Positions 58,209-61,799 of a DNA stretch of 61,799 nucleotides are shown here, one piece after another. The notes beneath the pieces are model-generated. The model was not told the DNA's origin. It did not search any database and saw nothing but the letters and a program-made list of their open reading frames with translations. Position 1 is the stretch's first letter. The number at the start of each line of letters is the position of its first letter. Made by a program: the position numbers and the translations under genes. Source of the DNA: a virus (Duplodnaviria > Caudoviricetes); the IMG/VR virus record IMGVR_UViG_3300037634_002056, positions 1-61,799 of that record. The stretch is one strand, 5' to 3'.

Positions 58209-59578
58209 TTCTTTCGTGCCTTTAATGATTTCTTTGCAGCATCTTTGGCATGCTTAAACATATCGTTAGCTACATTTTCTAATGCATCGTTACGCTTATC
58301 ATCAAACGCCATGCCTTCGTCTACGTTCTTTTTATCATCTCTTTCTCTAGCTTTAATTTTATCACGTGCCTTTATAATTGCACCAGCTCGCTTCTGAGAT
58401 TTCTTCTTAAATTTAGGCTTATTTTCTTTATCATAGCCATAATCAACTGGTACTTGAGCTTGTGACTTAGTATCCAATTCGTCGCGAGAAACACGTGCCT
58501 TCTTGACATATTTTTTCAATGTGTCACTTGAAACTTCGTTTGTCATATCACTATAGTCATCATCGTATCTGCGGAATTCGTCATATGACATATACATATC
58601 TGTATCTGGATCGTAGTAACTACCTTCTTTTGGATCGTAATAAACAACTTTACCACCTCGTGTACTAAATGGACCTTCTAAACCATCACGTGGCTGATAT
58701 TTGTCGTCCATTGGAGGCAAAATTTTGTAACCTTCATCAACGTCATCAACTTTCTTAAACATCGTTTTAATTCGCTTAGAGTGTTGCTTGTGTGCTTCAT
58801 CATCACGTTCACCCTTTAGTTTCTTGCCATGTGCTTTTAGTTCATCAGTACTTAGGTCACTAGCAATACTTTTTGCCTTGTCCTTAACCCAATCACTGAT
58901 TCCTTCATTATAAGATGCAAGAACCTTTTTCGCGGCGCGTTTTCTTTCCCATTCAGCATCAGCTGGAAGATTTACTGACTTAGCGGCTGACTTGATCCCT
59001 TCAATATCAACATTCGGCTTATGCATTTTATAATTTGTATGCTTATCGCCTGGAATCTTACGATATTCTTCTAACTCGTTGTCAACTGCTACTGGTGCGG
59101 TTGGTTCAACTTCTGGGTTCATGGCATTGTATTCAGTGTAACGACGCACTGCTTCCATATCTCCACTTGCTGCAATAATCTTTGCTTGTATCCATGGCTG
59201 CAAATCATCACGATCATCAATCATGCCATGTAATGCAATTGCATCTTTAGCTAAGAAGTATAATTGGCTGCGGGCCATAAAGCCATCTTCATCATCACCG
59301 TCAAGAACTCCTTCAGTTAAATTATTAGCGTCTAAGGATTGACTTTCATCCTGTTCTCCATATAAATCTAGATGTGCTACAGCACCCATATGCCCGTCTT
59401 CTAACAGCGCATATAGATCATCAAATGATTCGTTAATCTTGTTAAGCCAAGAAATATCTCCGCCTACCTCTATAATAGCCTTTTCTAAATTCTTACCTGG
59501 CTTGAAAGCCTTTTGTAATCTGATTATTTCATCCATTGCTCGATGGAAAGTGTTTTGAATTTTATTCTCTGTGCTCAT
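58205..59578 (-). CDS. hypothetical (putative internal head polyprotein)
   Basis: modules separated by LTEG, LEEY, YNEG, VDEG, TNEV, VDEG. Confidence 0.7.
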   Translation of the reverse strand: MSTENKIQNTFHRAMDEIIRLQKAFKPGKNLEKAIIEVGGDISWLNKINESFDDLYALLEDGHMGAVAHLDLYGEQDESQSLDANNLTEGVLDGDDEDGFMARSQLYFLAKDAIALHGMIDDRDDLQPWIQAKIIAASGDMEAVRRYTEYNAMNPEVEPTAPVAVDNELEEYRKIPGDKHTNYKMHKPNVDIEGIKSAAKSVNLPADAEWERKRAAKKVLASYNEGISDWVKDKAKSIASDLSTDELKAHGKKLKGERDDEAHKQHSKRIKTMFKKVDDVDEGYKILPPMDDKYQPRDGLEGPFSTRGGKVVYYDPKEGSYYDPDTDMYMSYDEFRRYDDDYSDMTNEVSSDTLKKYVKKARVSRDELDTKSQAQVPVDYGYDKENKPKFKKKSQKRAGAIIKARDKIKARERDDKKNVDEGMAFDDKRNDALENVANDMFKHAKDAAKKSLKARKK

Positions 59579-59583
59579 AGTCG

Positions 59584-59883
59584 TTACCTTTTTTCAATGC
59601 CACGACTGTTCTTACCGCCGCGTTTTCTAATCGTTTCTAATTCGTCGTACGTATCTGATATTGCTTTTAAAAGTACTTGCACCAGACCTTTGTTAAGGTC
59701 ATATTGAACACTTTCCCAATCTCCACGATTTGAACGTTCTGCAAGTTCTGCAAACATCTTAGCTACTTTAGCTTCAATTTGCTTTAATTTTAATCTACCA
59801 TAACCTTGTACTAATACTTCAGGGTTATTTGGCTCATTTGGGTCCATTTCATAAATTGATTCAGTAATATACTCTATTCTCAT
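59584..59883 (-). CDS. hypothetical (putative internal head) protein
   Basis: MRIEYITE N-terminus. Confidence 0.7.
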   Translation of the reverse strand: MRIEYITESIYEMDPNEPNNPEVLVQGYGRLKLKQIEAKVAKMFAELAERSNRGDWESVQYDLNKGLVQVLLKAISDTYDELETIRKRGGKNSRGIEKR

Positions 59884-60077
59884 TTTATTTTAACCTCTTT
59901 GTTGTATCCAGTTGGTTGCTTTTTACGTTTGCCATTGCCTAGATATCCCTTAGGATCAACCGCACGCCTAATCATTTTTTCTTTGCCGAATAAAGGAAAA
60001 CTAACACTAGCAACATTGCCAGCCATTGAAGTTCCTGCGTCGGCATCTTCATGTAATATTATATCAGATATTTTCAT
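59880..60077 (-). CDS. small hypothetical late protein
   Basis: MKISDIILHEDA...; CTAAATA at 60083-60089. Confidence 0.65.
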   Translation of the reverse strand: MKISDIILHEDADAGTSMAGNVASVSFPLFGKEKMIRRAVDPKGYLGNGKRKKQPTGYNKEVKIK

Positions 60078-60107
60078 ACTTGTATTTAGCACTTTATGCT
60101 ATTTTAT

Positions 60108-60359
60108 CTAGCTTGTGCCTGCTCCCTTTCCCTTATCGTCATCAATATTCTTTAATATTGCCTTGTTTAATCTTCTATCAGCTTTTTTGCTACTAGTTTT
60201 AATTTTTTGCTTCTTAGCTCTAACTCGACGTTCCTTGTGAATATCTAGCTCCCTGCTTTCGTCTACATTTGCATACACACGGGCATCTTCAGTTGCAACA
60301 TCATTCATTGGACCTTCTAATTCTTCAAGGTCATGTGGATCAAAGTTTTTTCTTGCCAT
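60108..60359 (-). CDS. hypothetical protein
   Basis: 83 aa; ATAAATA at 60365-60371. Confidence 0.65.
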   Translation of the reverse strand: MARKNFDPHDLEELEGPMNDVATEDARVYANVDESRELDIHKERRVRAKKQKIKTSSKKADRRLNKAILKNIDDDKGKGAGTS

Positions 60360-60367
60360 AATAGTAT

Positions 60368-60802
60368 TTATTGATTATTGTGATATACTATTCGCATATT
60401 AGCCTTTTCAGCTACACGCAAACTAGCACGGTTTTGTGGATTGATGAAGCACCATAGTTGCTTATCACTAAATTTTTCTTTAATTAATTGCATTGCAAAT
60501 GTAGCAACACCAGCATTGCGCCAATTCTTATGTACTACATATGCGGTTTCTTGGTCTTCTTTAATTTCAATTGCACCAATTAATGAACCTGGACAGTCGC
60601 CACCAGTCCAAATCCCCCAAGTATTATAATTGTTTATGAAATTTGTGGCTATCTCTCTAGTGAATGGCCATTCAATATTCGCAGCCATTGCAGTTTCTTT
60701 GTCCATAACTGCTGTTAGTTTATATAGATCTCTTATTTCTAAACGCTTGACTTCAATATGCATATTAAGTTTATCTGCTATTTTATTGTTTTCTTGAGCC
60801 AT
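60368..60802 (-). CDS. GNAT (RimJ/RimL-like) acetyltransferase
   Basis: WRNAGVAT acetyl-CoA motif, NRASLRVAEK. Confidence 0.8.
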   Translation of the reverse strand: MAQENNKIADKLNMHIEVKRLEIRDLYKLTAVMDKETAMAANIEWPFTREIATNFINNYNTWGIWTGGDCPGSLIGAIEIKEDQETAYVVHKNWRNAGVATFAMQLIKEKFSDKQLWCFINPQNRASLRVAEKANMRIVYHNNQ

Positions 60803-60993
60803 AAGTAAATTGCATATACGGATAACAGATATATTGTTGCAATACCTACATCTACAATATGCTCACGCATGTGATAAATAAATTCTATTCCCGCTTGAAC
60901 ATCACCTTCAGGTCCTGCACTTTCAACTATTACTGTTTTAGTAAAGTCTCCACCTACATCACCAACTGTTTGTTCCATATTTAATCCGTTCAT
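60778..60993 (-). CDS. small hypothetical protein with C-terminal TM
   Basis: start MNGLN chosen within ORF 60778..61026. Confidence 0.55.
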   Translation of the reverse strand: MNGLNMEQTVGDVGGDFTKTVIVESAGPEGDVQAGIEFIYHMREHIVDVGIATIYLLSVYAIYLWLKKTIK

Positions 60994-60997
60994 AATG

Positions 60998-61799
60998 TTA
61001 TTTGCTCTTCTGTTCTGCGGTAGCAACTAATCTAATATCTTTACCATGTGCATGTGATAATTGATCTATTTCTGCTGCCTTGGCCTTGGCCATCTTTATT
61101 AGATTCTTATGTTGTTCATCACCATCGTATTCACCCTTACGCAATGCTAAATTTATTTTGAATAATTCACTCTGTAACTTGGTATTTTGCTCTGTGTCAA
61201 AATATACATCTTCATCGGGATCAGCCGCTGGGTCCCATTGAAAAAACTCGTCAGTCTTTGGATTCCAGGCATACACAAATACACCAGGTATTTTTGCTAA
61301 CTTTGCCCACAACATCTTGCTGCCTGTTGATTGTTGGTAGTCACTTACAATTGTTTTTTTCCATTTTTTAATTGCAAATTCATACAATCTTGGACCCATG
61401 CCCAATCCTTGTATTTCTTTATCAAAGAACACTGTACTCTTGTGTGTTCCTGTATTTGAATCATGTTGCAATCTAAATTCGCCTAAGAATCCTTCGCTAT
61501 TCGGGTCTTTTATTAATAGTACAAAGTCATCATTATCATCTTCAATAACCCAAATTTCATATTTGCCTATTCGTTCACCAGATGGCTCAGCAGCACCGAT
61601 CATGCTATCAAAATCATATCTATCAGCGTCATCTTTTTTAACACCTTGCCCGCCGGCATTTTCAATTTCATTTAGTTGTGCTATTGCAATACTGACATCT
61701 TCTTTAGTGATTTCATATCGTTTGCCATGCGCTTTAATTTGTCGTCCTACTAGCAATCTAAGCATATTATTTAATTTATTAATATCTCTTTCTTGATCC
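60998..61799 (-). CDS. partial protein with GNAT-like segment (5' end beyond window)
   Basis: frame open to window edge; IQGLGMGPRLY, SDYQQS..SKMLW. Confidence 0.65.
   Translation of the reverse strand, partial: DQERDINKLNNMLRLLVGRQIKAHGKRYEITKEDVSIAIAQLNEIENAGGQGVKKDDADRYDFDSMIGAAEPSGERIGKYEIWVIEDDNDDFVLLIKDPNSEGFLGEFRLQHDSNTGTHKSTVFFDKEIQGLGMGPRLYEFAIKKWKKTIVSDYQQSTGSKMLWAKLAKIPGVFVYAWNPKTDEFFQWDPAADPDEDVYFDTEQNTKLQSELFKINLALRKGEYDGDEQHKNLIKMAKAKAAEIDQLSHAHGKDIRLVATAEQKSK

Overview
AT-rich, gene-dense segment of a large (jumbo-type) tailed dsDNA phage genome. Evidence: family B DNA polymerase, RFC/gp44-like clamp loader, dNMP kinase, dCMP deaminase, GroES, ClpP, SleB-type lysin, virion-like proteins, T4-like late promoters (TAAATA) and strong sigma70 early promoters. 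Genes run on + from 1 to ~17.1 kb and almost entirely on - afterwards. The host may be a proteobacterium (possibly alpha), which is a weak inference from SbmA/BacA, FdxA, fused IOR and KdsA/B. Highlights: (1) a ~12 kb cluster with five intact radical SAM enzymes, two QueC-like ATP-pyrophosphatases, a PLP enzyme, a probable Fe/2OG oxygenase, an MTA/SAH nucleosidase and a HIT hydrolase, with another rSAM/QueC-like module at 49-51 kb; (2) possible support genes: a queD-ferredoxin-FTR1-IscA operon preceded by a preQ1-I-riboswitch-like leader, and SbmA + leucyl aminopeptidase + Leu/Phe/Val dehydrogenase + indolepyruvate:ferredoxin oxidoreductase, which together could turn peptides into reduced ferredoxin; (3) eight early promoters sharing a quasi-palindromic operator in the -35/-10 spacer; (4) gene remnants, a 33-bp insertion duplication, tandem NrdR-like boxes and a probable ATT start codon. 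All calls come from visual motif recognition; no searches were run. No tRNA, rRNA or CRISPR array was recognised.
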